A stretch of 64,000 bases of DNA. Source: a bacterium. GTDB taxonomy: Bacteria; UBA8248; JACPRG01; G963555815. The DNA is taken from the NCBI GenBank assembly GCA_965261595.1, contig CBDHDG010000007.1, forward strand, positions 1,056,001 to 1,120,000, written 5' to 3'. The notes below the pieces were generated by a model, which had not been told where the DNA came from, searched no databases, and saw only the letters and a list, made by a program, of their open reading frames with translations. Shown piece after piece: positions 46,750 through 56,879 of this stretch. How positions within the stretch are numbered: position 1 is the stretch's first letter; each line of letters opens with the position of its first letter. The position numbers were made by a program, and so were the translations under genes.

Positions 46750-47273
46750 GTCAAATCCCCCTTGGAGAGTAGGAGGGCAAAGGGCTGTTCGGCCTCGTGA
46801 ACATAGGCGACGCCCCGGGCGACCTGAGCGCTCAGCGGCTCTTCCCGCGAGGCGTGGGCGAAACTGACCCCCAGGCCCTCGAGCATCGGCTCCGTCGTCC
46901 GGCCCTTGTAAACATGATAGTAGAGGGGATCGTCGCGGTGGCTCCCCCGGTGACTGATAAGCATGAGCATGGGCGCGTGGTACGTCTGGGCGAGAGCCAC
47001 CCCCCGGCCGCTGCTGAGCAGGCCCGCGTTCTGAAATACGCACGCGCTCTTTTCTCCCGCCACGGCGGCGACGGCGGCGACGGCGACGGCCTCCTCCTCG
47101 CTGCAACACCGCACCGACTCAAAGTGGCGGTCCGCCGCCACGGCGGCGATGAGCGGGGCGATGTACGTGTCGGTGACGGAGCTCAGGACGCGGACCTCCG
47201 CCGCCTTCAGCCCCCGGATGATTTCCCGGCAGCCCTTGGACAGGCCGGACGTCTTTCTGGTTTTCTTGGCCAC
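46746..47273 (-). CDS. Sulfopyruvate decarboxylase alpha-like subunit (ComD-like)
   Basis: SEEEAVAVAA, FQNAGL, LMLISHRG, GRTTEPML. Confidence 0.75.
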   Translation of the reverse strand: MAKKTRKTSGLSKGCREIIRGLKAAEVRVLSSVTDTYIAPLIAAVAADRHFESVRCCSEEEAVAVAAVAAVAGEKSACVFQNAGLLSSGRGVALAQTYHAPMLMLISHRGSHRDDPLYYHVYKGRTTEPMLEGLGVSFAHASREEPLSAQVARGVAYVHEAEQPFALLLSKGDLT

Positions 47274-47539
47274 GTGATGTTTCCTCCGGTTCGATGCGGC
47301 GGCTTCCGGCCGGGTCAGCCCCCCGGCATGTCACGAACATTCAAAATCCATCCGAAGAAAGCGGTCGCGAACGAGTCGAACGCACCGGCCTTCGGCGTCT
47401 TGGGGATGTTCTCCTGGCCGAGGTTAAGCTCGTCAGTATAACGAAAAAAGGGTTCCTGGAAAGCGGTTCGAAGGATGTCCTGACGGATAAAAGGGAGACC
47501 TTTCCGAACCCGGAGCGTCAAGCCCCCTGGAAAGATCGC

Positions 47540-47887
47540 TCATCGCGGCCCGTCCGGTCCGGCGGGGGGGGGGTCACCCTCGGGGTCCTGACCCATCGGG
47601 CGGTGGCCCATTTCCGTCTCGATGGCCCGGCGGATCTTCACGTAGGCGAACGGGCCGATGTCCGGGACGACTTTCGTCAAGAGAAGCTCGGTGGTCACCA
47701 CTTCGTCCTTGTCCTCCAACTCGAGAAAGAGAAGGAGGGCGCGGGTGAGCGCCTCCGCCGCGGCCGTCATCTCGTCGCGGTCCATGAGGTCTTCGCCGAA
47801 CGCCCGGTATTGCCGGGCCTGGTCCGCCGTCTCGTTCCCGTGGGCGTCGCCGCGCCCTGAATTTCCGGGTCCCCCGTTCAACTTCAT
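47540..47887 (-). CDS. Hypothetical protein with one TPR-like helix pair
   Basis: AAAGGGGAG RBS; helical core YRAFGEDLMDRDEMTAAAEALTRALLLF. Confidence 0.5.
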   Translation of the reverse strand: MKLNGGPGNSGRGDAHGNETADQARQYRAFGEDLMDRDEMTAAAEALTRALLLFLELEDKDEVVTTELLLTKVVPDIGPFAYVKIRRAIETEMGHRPMGQDPEGDPPPAGPDGPR

Positions 47888-48035
47888 CTCCCCCTTTCGT
47901 CCGCGGAATTCGTGTTTCCGGCCCCGCCGTCGGGTATCCGTGCAGGGCCGCGCCGGTTTTGATTTTCCCTTCGGATCACGGGTAGTATGAGGGTAATCCC
48001 TTCCGGCTGAAACCCCGAATGGCCATGAGGCTTGG

Positions 48036-49238
48036 ATGGATTTCGATTACACGGAAGACCAGACGCTCCTTCGCGATATGGTCGGCCAGTTCGGCAAGGA
48101 TTCGGTCGAGCCCGTCTTGATGGAGATGGACGAATCCGAGCGCATCCCGGAGACCCTCCTCCGACGGATGGCGGACCTGGGGCTTTTCGGCCTGGCCGTT
48201 CCGGAGTCCTTCGGCGGGAGCGGGGTTCCGCTCCTGACCCAGGTGGTGGTGGCCGAGGCGTTGGGGCGCGTCTCCGCGTCGCTTGCGGCGGCCGCCGTCT
48301 ATGACGGCTTCCTCCTGCCCGCCCTGCTGGACGCGTGCGGCGACGAAGGACAAAAACGGCGCTGGTTGCCCAGAATCGCCTCCGGTGAGACCCTCGGGAC
48401 CGTGAAGATCGGCGCGGTGAGCCTTGAGGATCGGCCGGACGACGCGGGAGACGACGGCCCGCCGGGCACCATGATCCGAGCCGCCCCCGTAGGGGAGAAA
48501 TGGCGGCTGACGGGCGGGGCCGATTGGGTGGTGAACGGCCGGGAGGCCACCATCGGGGCCGTGTTCGCCTCGACAGGGGACGGGGTGGAAGCCTTCCTCG
48601 TGAATCCCGCGGCGGCGGGCGTGGAGTCGGCGCCGATCACCGGAAAGCTCGGTCTCAGGCCCGCGGGTTTCGCCCGGTGGTCGTTCGCCGAATGCGTTGT
48701 GGACGGAGGGGACAAACTGGAAACCGGAGGCCCGGATTCGGGGGGGGGGAATGGCGTCCGGAGAGGCCTCCGCCTCCTGTCGAACCTCTTCCTGGCCGCC
48801 GCGAGCGTCGGTCTGATCCAGGCCGGTCTCGAGGTCGCCGGCGAGTACGCGAAGGAGCGGAAGCAGTTCGGCCGCCCCATCGGCGGCTTCCAGCTCGTCC
48901 AGGAGATGATCGCCGGGATGGTCTTCGACGTCGAGGCCGTCCGGCTTCTGGTCTACCACGCGGCCGCGGATGCACAGGGGCGGGGGGGGGGCCTGCGGCT
49001 CGCGGCCTCGGCCGCGCCCATCGCGCGCGCCCGCTCGTTCGCGGCCGAGGCCGCGCTGAAGGCGGGCACGCAGGCCGTGCAGGTCCACGGGGGATACGGG
49101 TTCTCCAGCGAATTTCCCGCCGAGCGGATCTTTCGCGACGCGCGCGCCCTGGCCCTGATGGCCGGCGGGTCCGGCGAGCTGCTCAGGCTATCGGCCGAGC
49201 CCATCCTGAAAGAGGCCCTGCCGCAATGGGGCGGCTGA
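48036..49238 (+). CDS. Acyl-CoA dehydrogenase family protein, atypical
   Basis: MDFDYTEDQTLLRD, KERKQFGRPIGGFQLVQ, AVQVHGGYGF, ERIFRDAR. Confidence 0.88.
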   Translation: MDFDYTEDQTLLRDMVGQFGKDSVEPVLMEMDESERIPETLLRRMADLGLFGLAVPESFGGSGVPLLTQVVVAEALGRVSASLAAAAVYDGFLLPALLDACGDEGQKRRWLPRIASGETLGTVKIGAVSLEDRPDDAGDDGPPGTMIRAAPVGEKWRLTGGADWVVNGREATIGAVFASTGDGVEAFLVNPAAAGVESAPITGKLGLRPAGFARWSFAECVVDGGDKLETGGPDSGGGNGVRRGLRLLSNLFLAAASVGLIQAGLEVAGEYAKERKQFGRPIGGFQLVQEMIAGMVFDVEAVRLLVYHAAADAQGRGGGLRLAASAAPIARARSFAAEAALKAGTQAVQVHGGYGFSSEFPAERIFRDARALALMAGGSGELLRLSAEPILKEALPQWGG

Positions 49239-49472
49239 CGCGAGGGGAGGGGGAGAGGATGCAACGGCCCCGGTGTCTCTTATGTCTTGAACCCCTACCA
49301 CCCCTTGACGAGACCGCAAAACACGGATTAGCTTGTGGCGGAAATTTATTTTGGTAAAACCTGAATCTTGGGACCTCCGCTGTTGGGCGTTTCCGGGATT
49401 TTTCTTGAATGGCTTTTGCGTCCCGGGACAGCGCTCGGAATTCCGGCCTGATTTCGGGAGGGACCGGCCGCA

Positions 49473-49519
49473 CAGCCCGCCGGCTGAACAGCCCGCCGGC
49501 TGAAACAGCCCATCGGCTG
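49473..49519 (+). repeat. Three tandem 14-nt hairpin repeats before the gcvH RBS
   Basis: CAGCCCGCCGGCTG twice and CAGCCCATCGGCTG, separated by AA and AAA. Confidence 0.8.
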
Positions 49520-49533
49520 AGAGGGGAGAGAAG

Positions 49534-49923
49534 ATGGAATATCCGGGAAACTTGAAATACACCAAGGAGCACGAATGGGTGTCGATCGAGGGCGACGACG
49601 CGCGCATCGGGATCACCGACTACGCCCAGAGCCAACTGGGCGATGTTGTGTTCGTGGAGCTTCCCGAAGCCGGATCGCAGGTGGAAGCCGGCAACACCTT
49701 CGGTGTTGTGGAATCCGTGAAAGCGGTCTCGGACCTCTTCGTTCCGGTCTCGGGGACCGTCAAAGAGATCAACAACAGCCTCGAAGAAACCCCCGAAATC
49801 ATCAGTACGGATCCTTATGTCAAGGGCTGGATGATCGTGGTCGAAATGTCCGACAAGTCGACGTTGGATGAGCTTCTATCCGCGGATGATTACCAGACCT
49901 ATGTCAATGAGGAGAGCCAGTAG
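49534..49923 (+). CDS. gcvH: Glycine cleavage system H protein
   Basis: YTKEHEWV, GITDYAQSQLGDVVFVELP, VESVKAVSD (lipoyl-Lys), DPYVKGW. Confidence 0.97.
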   Translation: MEYPGNLKYTKEHEWVSIEGDDARIGITDYAQSQLGDVVFVELPEAGSQVEAGNTFGVVESVKAVSDLFVPVSGTVKEINNSLEETPEIISTDPYVKGWMIVVEMSDKSTLDELLSADDYQTYVNEESQ

Positions 49924-50045
49924 AGGCGCACACGTCTCCTGAATCGAGGCCGCCGGACCCGGACTGAAAAGACACGGCGGCGGAATGCTCCCCCTTCCCC
50001 CCTCCCACGCCAAGCTGTCGTTGAACACCACCGGAGACGGGATAG

Positions 50046-53000
50046 ATGTCGAATCCGACGACCGGGATGCCGCCCCTGGGCTATGACCCGGCCGGGCTCC
50101 CACGCGAGTTGAAGCGCCATTACATTTCCGCCGGGGACGAAGACATCCGGGCGATGCTGGAAACCATCGGGGTCGAGCGTCTCGAAGCGCTCTACGACCA
50201 TGTGCCCGCCGACTGCCGCCTGGACGGAGAGCTGGACCTCCCCGAGGAGCTCGGGTACGAGGCCCTTCAAAACCATTTGTACGACCTCTCCCGGAAAAAC
50301 AACTTGGGGCTTTCCTTCCTGGGCGACGGTCTGGGGCAGTTCAAAGTCGCCGAGATCGTCCCCCACGTCCTTGGGATCCGGAAACTGACCACCTCCTACA
50401 CGCCCTACCAACCCGAGCGCAGCCAGGGGACGCTGATCACCCACTGGATTTACCAATGCTGCATCGCCGCCCTCACGGGCTTCGAGGCGGTGAACGCTTC
50501 GCTCTATGACCGCGCGACGGCGATGTTCGAGGCCCTGAAATGCGCGCAGCGCCTGGTGAAGGATTCGACCGTCGCCGTCGCCGCGGGATCGCTCTATCCG
50601 GGCGACATCGAGGTCCTCGAAACCATGGCCCGGGACACCGATCTGGAGATCCGCTTCCAGCCGCCGGACCCGAAGACGGGGAGGGTCTCGGTTTCCGCGC
50701 TGAAAACGCTCGCGGAAGAGGCCGGAGACGGAACGGCCTGCATCGTCTTTCCTCATGTGAACTGCCTGGGCGTCCTCGAAGACGTGGACGCGATGACCGA
50801 CCTGGCCGCATCCCTGGGGGTGAAAAGCATCGCCGTCGTGGACCCGATACTGATGGGTCCGGGAGGGCTGAAGCCGCCGGTCGAGTTCGGCCGAAACGGC
50901 GCGGACATGTTCGTCGCCGAAGGCCAGCACCTGGCCATCGGTCCGAACTACGGAGGCCCCGGGCTGGGGATCTTCGGCATCCGACTGACGCCGGAGAACA
51001 AAAACGACATCCGCCAAACCGCGGGCCGGTTCGTCGGGAAGGGAAAGGACCTCCGCGGCCGGGACGCCCACCTGCTCGTACTCTCCACACGGGAACAGCA
51101 CATCCGAAGGGACAAGGCGACTTCCAACATCTGTTCCAACCAGGCGTACATCGCCACCCTCGCCGGTGCGGCCCTGCTCGAGCGGGGAGCGGAAGGCCTC
51201 GCCGAAGCCTGCGGAACGGCCCGGAGAAACGCCGAGGGCGCTTTCAAAACCCTTACCGCGTGTGACGGGGTCGAACCGGCCTTTCCGGAAGCCGGGTTCT
51301 TCAACGAGCTTGTCCTGCGCCTGCCCTGCCCCGCGGCGGAGCTGATCGCCGACGCGCGGGAAGCGGCCATCCATGTGGGCGTGGACGTCTCCTCCCGCGT
51401 GGAAGGCGCCCGGGGCCGGCTCATTCTGATATCCTTTTCCGATCTGCATACCGAGGCGGATTGCCGAAAACTCGCGCGGTTCTTCCGGTCGAGGTTCGGA
51501 GAAGCGGAACAACCGGCCGCGCCGCCGAAAACGCTGTCGGATCAGCACCTGCGAAAATCGACCCTCGCCCTGCCGCGCTTCGGCGTGGATGAGCTCAAGA
51601 CTTTTTACGACCGCCTCGGCGAAGAGAACGTGAGTCCGGACGAGAACATCTATGCCCTGGGCTCGTGCACGATGAAATACAACCCCTACATCAACGATTA
51701 CGCGGCCGCCCTGCCGGGGTTCGCGGACCTGCACCCGGAGGCCCCCCCCGAGGACGCCCAGGGCGCGCTCGAAATCCTTTACTGGACGCAGGAATACTTC
51801 AAGACCATCACCGGCCTTCCGGCCGTCACCACCCAGCCCGTAGCGGGCGCCCAGGGCGAGCTCGTCGGCATCAAATTGTTCCAGGCCTATCACCGCGACC
51901 GGGGGGACGCGAACCGGGACATCATCCTGATCCCGAGGACGGCCCATGGGACCAATCCGGCCACGGCGACGGTGGCGGGCTTCCGGACGAGTGTCGTGAA
52001 CGGCGCGGCGCACGGGGTGGTTTTGATCGAAGCGGACGCCTCCGGCCGAATGGACATGGACCACCTGAAATCCTTGGTCGATCAATACGGCGGGCGCATC
52101 TGCGGGATGATGGTGACAAACCCCAACACGTCCGGGATTTTCGAAACGAACTTCCGGCGGATGGCGGACACCGTTCACGGCGCGGGCGGCCTGGTCTACA
52201 TGGACGGCGCCAACATGAACGCCATCGCGGGATGGGTGGATCTTGGAAAGCTCGGCGTGGACGCCGTCCACAACAACACGCACAAGACCTGGACAATCCC
52301 GCACGGGGGCGGCGGGCCGGGGGACGCCTTCGTCGCCGTGAGCGAAAAGCTGGCGGATTTCCTGCCGGGCCTTCAGGTGGTCCGGGAGGACGGGAGGTTC
52401 CGATTCGAAAAACCCCCAAAATCCATCGGCTCGGTCCACCGCCACTTCGGGAACTTCGCCCACAAGGTCCGCTGCTATACGTATCTTCGCGCCCTGGGCC
52501 GGGCCGGAGTGAGGCGGATGTCCGCCGTGGCCGTCCTCTCCGCCCGGTATCTGTACAAAAAGCTGACCGAATCCTTTCCGACGCTGCCCTTCGGCGCGGA
52601 GGACGTCCCCCGGATGCACGAATTCATCCTCACCCTAAGCGAGGAGAGCTTCGCGAAGGTCGAGGCGTCCGGGACAAAAAGGGCCGATATCATCTCGCGG
52701 GTCGGGAAGCTCTTTCTCGACTTCGGCCTGCATGCGCCCACCATCGCCTTCCCCGAGGTGTACGGTCTGATGATCGAGCCGACGGAAAGCTACTCGAAGG
52801 CGGAGCTCGACCGGTTCATCGAGATCGTGACGGCGATCCGCCGGATCATTCTCGAGAACCCCGAGGTCCTTCAGACGGTCCCCCACTTCACGCCGGTGGA
52901 CCGGATCGATGACCTGGCGGCGAACAAGAACCTCCGCCTCAGCGAGCCGCTTGAAGGGCTGCCCACCCCCCTGGAGAACCGGGTGTCCATCGCGGAGCTG

Positions 53001-53075
53001 GACAGTTTGTTCACGGAGGAGATCCGGAAACGGATCGTCGCGGCGCATGAGGAGTTCGAGACAACCACCGCTTAG
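50046..53075 (+). CDS. gcvP: Glycine dehydrogenase (decarboxylating), single chain resembling a GcvPA+GcvPB fusion
   Basis: TSYTPYQPERSQG, TREQHIRRDKATSNICSNQA, LGSCTMKYN, HKTWTIPHGGGGPG (PLP lysine), MIEPTES. Confidence 0.93.
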   Translation: MSNPTTGMPPLGYDPAGLPRELKRHYISAGDEDIRAMLETIGVERLEALYDHVPADCRLDGELDLPEELGYEALQNHLYDLSRKNNLGLSFLGDGLGQFKVAEIVPHVLGIRKLTTSYTPYQPERSQGTLITHWIYQCCIAALTGFEAVNASLYDRATAMFEALKCAQRLVKDSTVAVAAGSLYPGDIEVLETMARDTDLEIRFQPPDPKTGRVSVSALKTLAEEAGDGTACIVFPHVNCLGVLEDVDAMTDLAASLGVKSIAVVDPILMGPGGLKPPVEFGRNGADMFVAEGQHLAIGPNYGGPGLGIFGIRLTPENKNDIRQTAGRFVGKGKDLRGRDAHLLVLSTREQHIRRDKATSNICSNQAYIATLAGAALLERGAEGLAEACGTARRNAEGAFKTLTACDGVEPAFPEAGFFNELVLRLPCPAAELIADAREAAIHVGVDVSSRVEGARGRLILISFSDLHTEADCRKLARFFRSRFGEAEQPAAPPKTLSDQHLRKSTLALPRFGVDELKTFYDRLGEENVSPDENIYALGSCTMKYNPYINDYAAALPGFADLHPEAPPEDAQGALEILYWTQEYFKTITGLPAVTTQPVAGAQGELVGIKLFQAYHRDRGDANRDIILIPRTAHGTNPATATVAGFRTSVVNGAAHGVVLIEADASGRMDMDHLKSLVDQYGGRICGMMVTNPNTSGIFETNFRRMADTVHGAGGLVYMDGANMNAIAGWVDLGKLGVDAVHNNTHKTWTIPHGGGGPGDAFVAVSEKLADFLPGLQVVREDGRFRFEKPPKSIGSVHRHFGNFAHKVRCYTYLRALGRAGVRRMSAVAVLSARYLYKKLTESFPTLPFGAEDVPRMHEFILTLSEESFAKVEASGTKRADIISRVGKLFLDFGLHAPTIAFPEVYGLMIEPTESYSKAELDRFIEIVTAIRRIILENPEVLQTVPHFTPVDRIDDLAANKNLRLSEPLEGLPTPLENRVSIAELDSLFTEEIRKRIVAAHEEFETTTA

Positions 53076-53087
53076 ATGAGCGCTCTC

Positions 53088-53454
53088 CTGGGGGGCTTCT
53101 TGTAAGACGCCCCCCAGACCCCTCCCAGGGGTTGGGGAACCCCCCCGGCAGCGCGGACGCGGGTCGGTCGACCCTCCGGCCCGCCATCGGATGGCGGCCA
53201 AGATGGCCGCCCGACCTGGCCGATCTTGCGGCTCGGCCTTACCCGCGCTTGGAGGTCATGGTGATCCATGTGGTCCTGTTTGGCGCGGCCATCGGGCGGT
53301 CAGAGAAAACATCCGCACCTTCCAAATTCTTCTGCTTTTTGTGGCTACGCTGTACGGGCGGCCGATCAGCCGGCCCCACTCCATGCGCGGCGAAACAAAA
53401 ATTTTCCGGGGGGTTTTAGGGGGGCCGGAATTCAAAAAGGCCCCCCTAAGGTTT
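53088..53454. repeat. Two inverted, degenerate copies of the palindromic intergenic repeat
   Basis: 53088-53126 on plus and 53390-53454 on minus match the 28104/62102 pattern. Confidence 0.55.
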
Positions 53455-53478
53455 CTTTGCAATCCCTGAAGGTTTTCC

Positions 53479-54390
53479 ATGCTGAAATGGCGGTTCATGA
53501 ACACCGGCGCGCGGGACGGGGCGTGGAACATGGCCGTGGACGAAGTCTTGTGGCGCCGCGTCCAGGAGGGCCGGAGTCCACCCACCGTTCGGCTGTACGC
53601 CTGGGCGCCCGCCACCCTCTCCGTGGGATACGGCCAGTCCATCGAGCGGGACATCGACCCGCGCGCTCTGGAGCGGCTCGGGATTCCGGTGGTCCGCCGG
53701 CCGACGGGAGGCCGCGCCGTCCTTCACGATCGGGAGGTCACGTACAGCGTCGTCTTCCCGGAGGACTTGTGGGACCGGCCGATGGGCGAAACCGGGGAGG
53801 GCGCCAAAATCGTCACCGGCCTCGCCGCTCCCCTCCCGGGGACCCCGGATACCGAACAGGGGCCGGCGAGCGCGCCCATCCTGAGAGATTATGCCTTCAT
53901 CAGCCTGGGATTGGTCGCCGGGTTGCGGAATTTGGGTCTCGCCGCCACGCTGGCCCCGGCCGCGTTCCGGCCGGACCCGAAGGATCGGTCGGGCGCTTGT
54001 TTCTCCTCCACCTCCGCTTATGAGGTCATGGTCCAGGGGAGAAAGATCGTCGGCAGCGCCCAGCGGCGCGGGGGGGGAGGGGTCCTTCAGCACGGATCGG
54101 CGCCGCTCGATCTGGAGATCGACAAGCTGTGCTCGCTGTTCCGGACCTCGAGCGATGGGGCGCGGGCGCGCCTGGCGGCGAACCTCCGAAAAAAAACGGT
54201 CTCGGTGACAGAGGCCCTGGGCGGACGCCCCGTGGATTACGAAACGGCCTGCGCGGCGTTCGAGGCGGGCTTCGATGAGGCGTTCGGCGGGCTGGATCGC
54301 GGCGGGCTGACACCCAAGGAAGAGGGGGCGGCAAAAACCCTCGCGCGGGAAAAGCGGATGCGGCCGATTCCGGTTCGGCCGGCCGGCTGA
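53479..54390 (+). CDS. Lipoate-protein ligase / octanoyltransferase (LipM-like)
   Basis: NMAVDE, LSVGYGQ, VRRPTGGRAVLHD, ACF...YE, KIVGSAQ, LQHGS. Confidence 0.9.
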   Translation: MLKWRFMNTGARDGAWNMAVDEVLWRRVQEGRSPPTVRLYAWAPATLSVGYGQSIERDIDPRALERLGIPVVRRPTGGRAVLHDREVTYSVVFPEDLWDRPMGETGEGAKIVTGLAAPLPGTPDTEQGPASAPILRDYAFISLGLVAGLRNLGLAATLAPAAFRPDPKDRSGACFSSTSAYEVMVQGRKIVGSAQRRGGGGVLQHGSAPLDLEIDKLCSLFRTSSDGARARLAANLRKKTVSVTEALGGRPVDYETACAAFEAGFDEAFGGLDRGGLTPKEEGAAKTLAREKRMRPIPVRPAG

Positions 54391-54473
54391 CGGCCGGCGA
54401 TCGGCCGCGTCTTTTGCCGCCCGGCGGCGGCGCTGAAAAAATCCGGTGAGACCGGTGAAAAAGGATATCGCCC

Positions 54474-55493
54474 TTGGTCCAGGACGACACGGCCGGGAAT
54501 CCCGCGGCGGACAAGCCGGAAGAGCGAAAAGGGGCTTCGTGGCGGCGGTGGGGGCTCAGCCTGGTTGTCTTTCTCATCGTCCTCGGTTGGATCGATTTCG
54601 GGGATTTTCAGGCCACCCTCTCCCGGATCCGGTTTTTCCCGCTTCTGCTGGGTTTCCTCCTCCTCACCCTCGCCCTCGTCTTCCTGCGCGCGGGCAGATT
54701 CTGGCTGCTGATCAAGACACAGGGAAACCCGCTCTCGCTCCGGAATATCATCCGGGTTCAATGGACGGCGGCGTTCTTCAGCCTGCTGCTGCCGGGGACG
54801 CTGGGCGCCGACGGCTGGAGGGTCTGGTCCGTTTCCCGGGTGGACGGGCGGACGGAGGCGGCCATCGCCGCCGTCGCCATGGATCGCATGATCGGCTTCG
54901 CCGGACAGCTCGCGAACGTCCTGCTGGCGTGGGCCATTTTTGGAGGGATGTTGCTGCGCCGCGAGACGGGCGGTCTCTTGCTCGACGCCGGGCTCTTTTG
55001 CCTGGCGGCCCTGGCGGCGCTGGGCCTTCTCGGCAGCGCCCGCGTCACCGGGGCGCTGACGCGCCTTCCGGTCCTCCGCGGCCGGAGGGCCCGGCAAGCC
55101 CTCGCCCGCTTTCAGGAGGGCCTTCGGCTCCTCAGACAGCGGCCGGGGCGGCTTCCGATCATCCTGGCGGTCGCCGCGACCGGCCATTTTCTCAACGTCC
55201 TGGCCGTCTTCGTTCTGGCCCGGGGGCTGGGCGCCGACCTGGCGTTCGGCTACTACATGGCCCTGATTCCGCCCGCGTTGATGGCCACCGGATTGCCCAT
55301 CAGCTTTACCGGCCTCGGGGTCCGAGACCTGACTTATGTCTCTCTCTTTCGGCCCCTCGGGGCTCCGGGAGAGATCATGTTGGCCGTTGCGGTGGCGGAA
55401 TTCGGTCTGACCGTCCTGATCCGTCTGATCGGGGGCCTCTTCTACCTCTTCTCAGCAAGGGCCGACGCGGCGCGGCGGAAGCCCGCCGTATAA
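54474..55493 (+). CDS. Flippase-like membrane protein (lysylphosphatidylglycerol synthase TM family)
   Basis: LRAGRF, LLPGTLGADG, DRMIG, LPISFTGLGVRD. Confidence 0.8.
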   Translation: MVQDDTAGNPAADKPEERKGASWRRWGLSLVVFLIVLGWIDFGDFQATLSRIRFFPLLLGFLLLTLALVFLRAGRFWLLIKTQGNPLSLRNIIRVQWTAAFFSLLLPGTLGADGWRVWSVSRVDGRTEAAIAAVAMDRMIGFAGQLANVLLAWAIFGGMLLRRETGGLLLDAGLFCLAALAALGLLGSARVTGALTRLPVLRGRRARQALARFQEGLRLLRQRPGRLPIILAVAATGHFLNVLAVFVLARGLGADLAFGYYMALIPPALMATGLPISFTGLGVRDLTYVSLFRPLGAPGEIMLAVAVAEFGLTVLIRLIGGLFYLFSARADAARRKPAV

Positions 55494-55640
55494 TCTCCCT
55501 TCAGGTATCCCGGGTCCCATCTTCTTCGAGAGATGGAAAGGCGCATCCGGAATTTGATCCGGGAGCCGCCCTTCTTGAGGGCCGGACTCGCTTCCCCCGC
55601 TGGATACTCCATCCGGCGGAGCGGAGCGGGTCCGCGCGAG

Positions 55641-55669
55641 TTGACGGTCATTCGGACCGGCACCATAAT
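55641..55669 (+). promoter_or_regulatory. Putative sigma70 promoter of iscS
   Basis: TTGACG-N17-CATAAT. Confidence 0.55.
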
Positions 55670-55703
55670 TAAATTACGGTCTTTCCCGAGGGAGTAAATC
55701 ATC

Positions 55704-56879
55704 TTGCCCCGCGTGTACATGGATCACAACGCCACAACGCCCATCCGGCCCGAAGTCCTGGAGGCCTTCCTGCCCTATTACCAGGAGAGGTTCGCCAATC
55801 CCTCCAGCGTCCACGCCGAGGGCCAGGAGACCCGCGTGGCGGTGGAGGCCGCGCGGGAGAAGGTGGCCTCCCTGCTGGGCGCGAAGCCGAGGGAAATCGT
55901 CTTCACCGGCTGCGGCACCGAATCCGACAACATGGCGCTCCGGGGCGTCCTGGCGGCCGAGGCCAAAACCGGGTCGCACCTCGTCACGACCGCCATCGAG
56001 CATCCGGCCGTTATCGAGACCTGCGCCTACCTGGAAACCCGCGGGGTGGAGGTGACGTACGTCCCCGTCGGACGATCGGGGGTGATCGACCCGGACGACG
56101 TGGCCGAATCCATCCGGGACGATACGGTCCTGGTCAGCGTTATGCACGGGAACAACGAATCGGGCTCGGTCCAGCCCATCGCCGAGATCGCGAAGCTCGT
56201 CAAAGAGCGGGAAAAAATCTTCCACACCGACGCCGTCCAAACCGCCGGCAAGCTCCCCATCGACGTCGAGGAGATGAACATCGACCTCCTCGCCCTGTCC
56301 GGACACAAGCTGAACGCCCCGAAAGGGATCGGCGCCCTCTACATCCGGGAAGGGTTGACGATGGACGCCCTCATTCACGGCGGCCACCAGGAGCGCAACC
56401 GCCGGTCTGGGACGGAAAACGTTGCCGGCATCGTCGCCCTCGGCAGGGCCTGCGAGCTGGGGATGAGCCACATGGAGGAGGAGTCGGCGCGGCTCCGGCG
56501 TCTGCGGGACCGATTGCAGGAGGGCCTCCAGGAGCGCATCCCCGAGGTGGAGATCAACGGGGATCCGCGGCGCCGCCTCCCCGGCACGCTGAACATGAGT
56601 TTCCGGGCCATCGGCGGCGAACCCCTGCTCATCAACCTGGATCTCGCGGGCGTCGCCGTCTCGACGGGCTCGGCCTGCGCCAGCGGCAGCACCGATCCCT
56701 CCCACGTCCTCCAGGCCATGGGCATCCCGAACGACTTGATTGAAGGCTCCCTCAGGTTCAGTCTGGGCTGGGGGAACACCGATGAGGACGTCGACCGCGT
56801 CATCGAAGTCCTTCCGGATATCGTCGCGCGTCTGAGGGCCGTCTCGGGCAAGTGGGACGCGGCGAAGGTGAAAACCTGA
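55704..56879 (+). CDS. iscS: Cysteine desulfurase, group I (IscS/NifS)
   Basis: YMDHNATT, NPSSVH, HTDAVQ, SGHK, RSGTEN, STGSACASG. Confidence 0.93.
   Translation: MPRVYMDHNATTPIRPEVLEAFLPYYQERFANPSSVHAEGQETRVAVEAAREKVASLLGAKPREIVFTGCGTESDNMALRGVLAAEAKTGSHLVTTAIEHPAVIETCAYLETRGVEVTYVPVGRSGVIDPDDVAESIRDDTVLVSVMHGNNESGSVQPIAEIAKLVKEREKIFHTDAVQTAGKLPIDVEEMNIDLLALSGHKLNAPKGIGALYIREGLTMDALIHGGHQERNRRSGTENVAGIVALGRACELGMSHMEEESARLRRLRDRLQEGLQERIPEVEINGDPRRRLPGTLNMSFRAIGGEPLLINLDLAGVAVSTGSACASGSTDPSHVLQAMGIPNDLIEGSLRFSLGWGNTDEDVDRVIEVLPDIVARLRAVSGKWDAAKVKT

Noticed and set aside
49239..49533. Glycine riboswitch or CRISPR array upstream of gcvH
   Set aside because: No aptamer consensus seen; the repeats are 14 nt with no spacers and there are no cas genes
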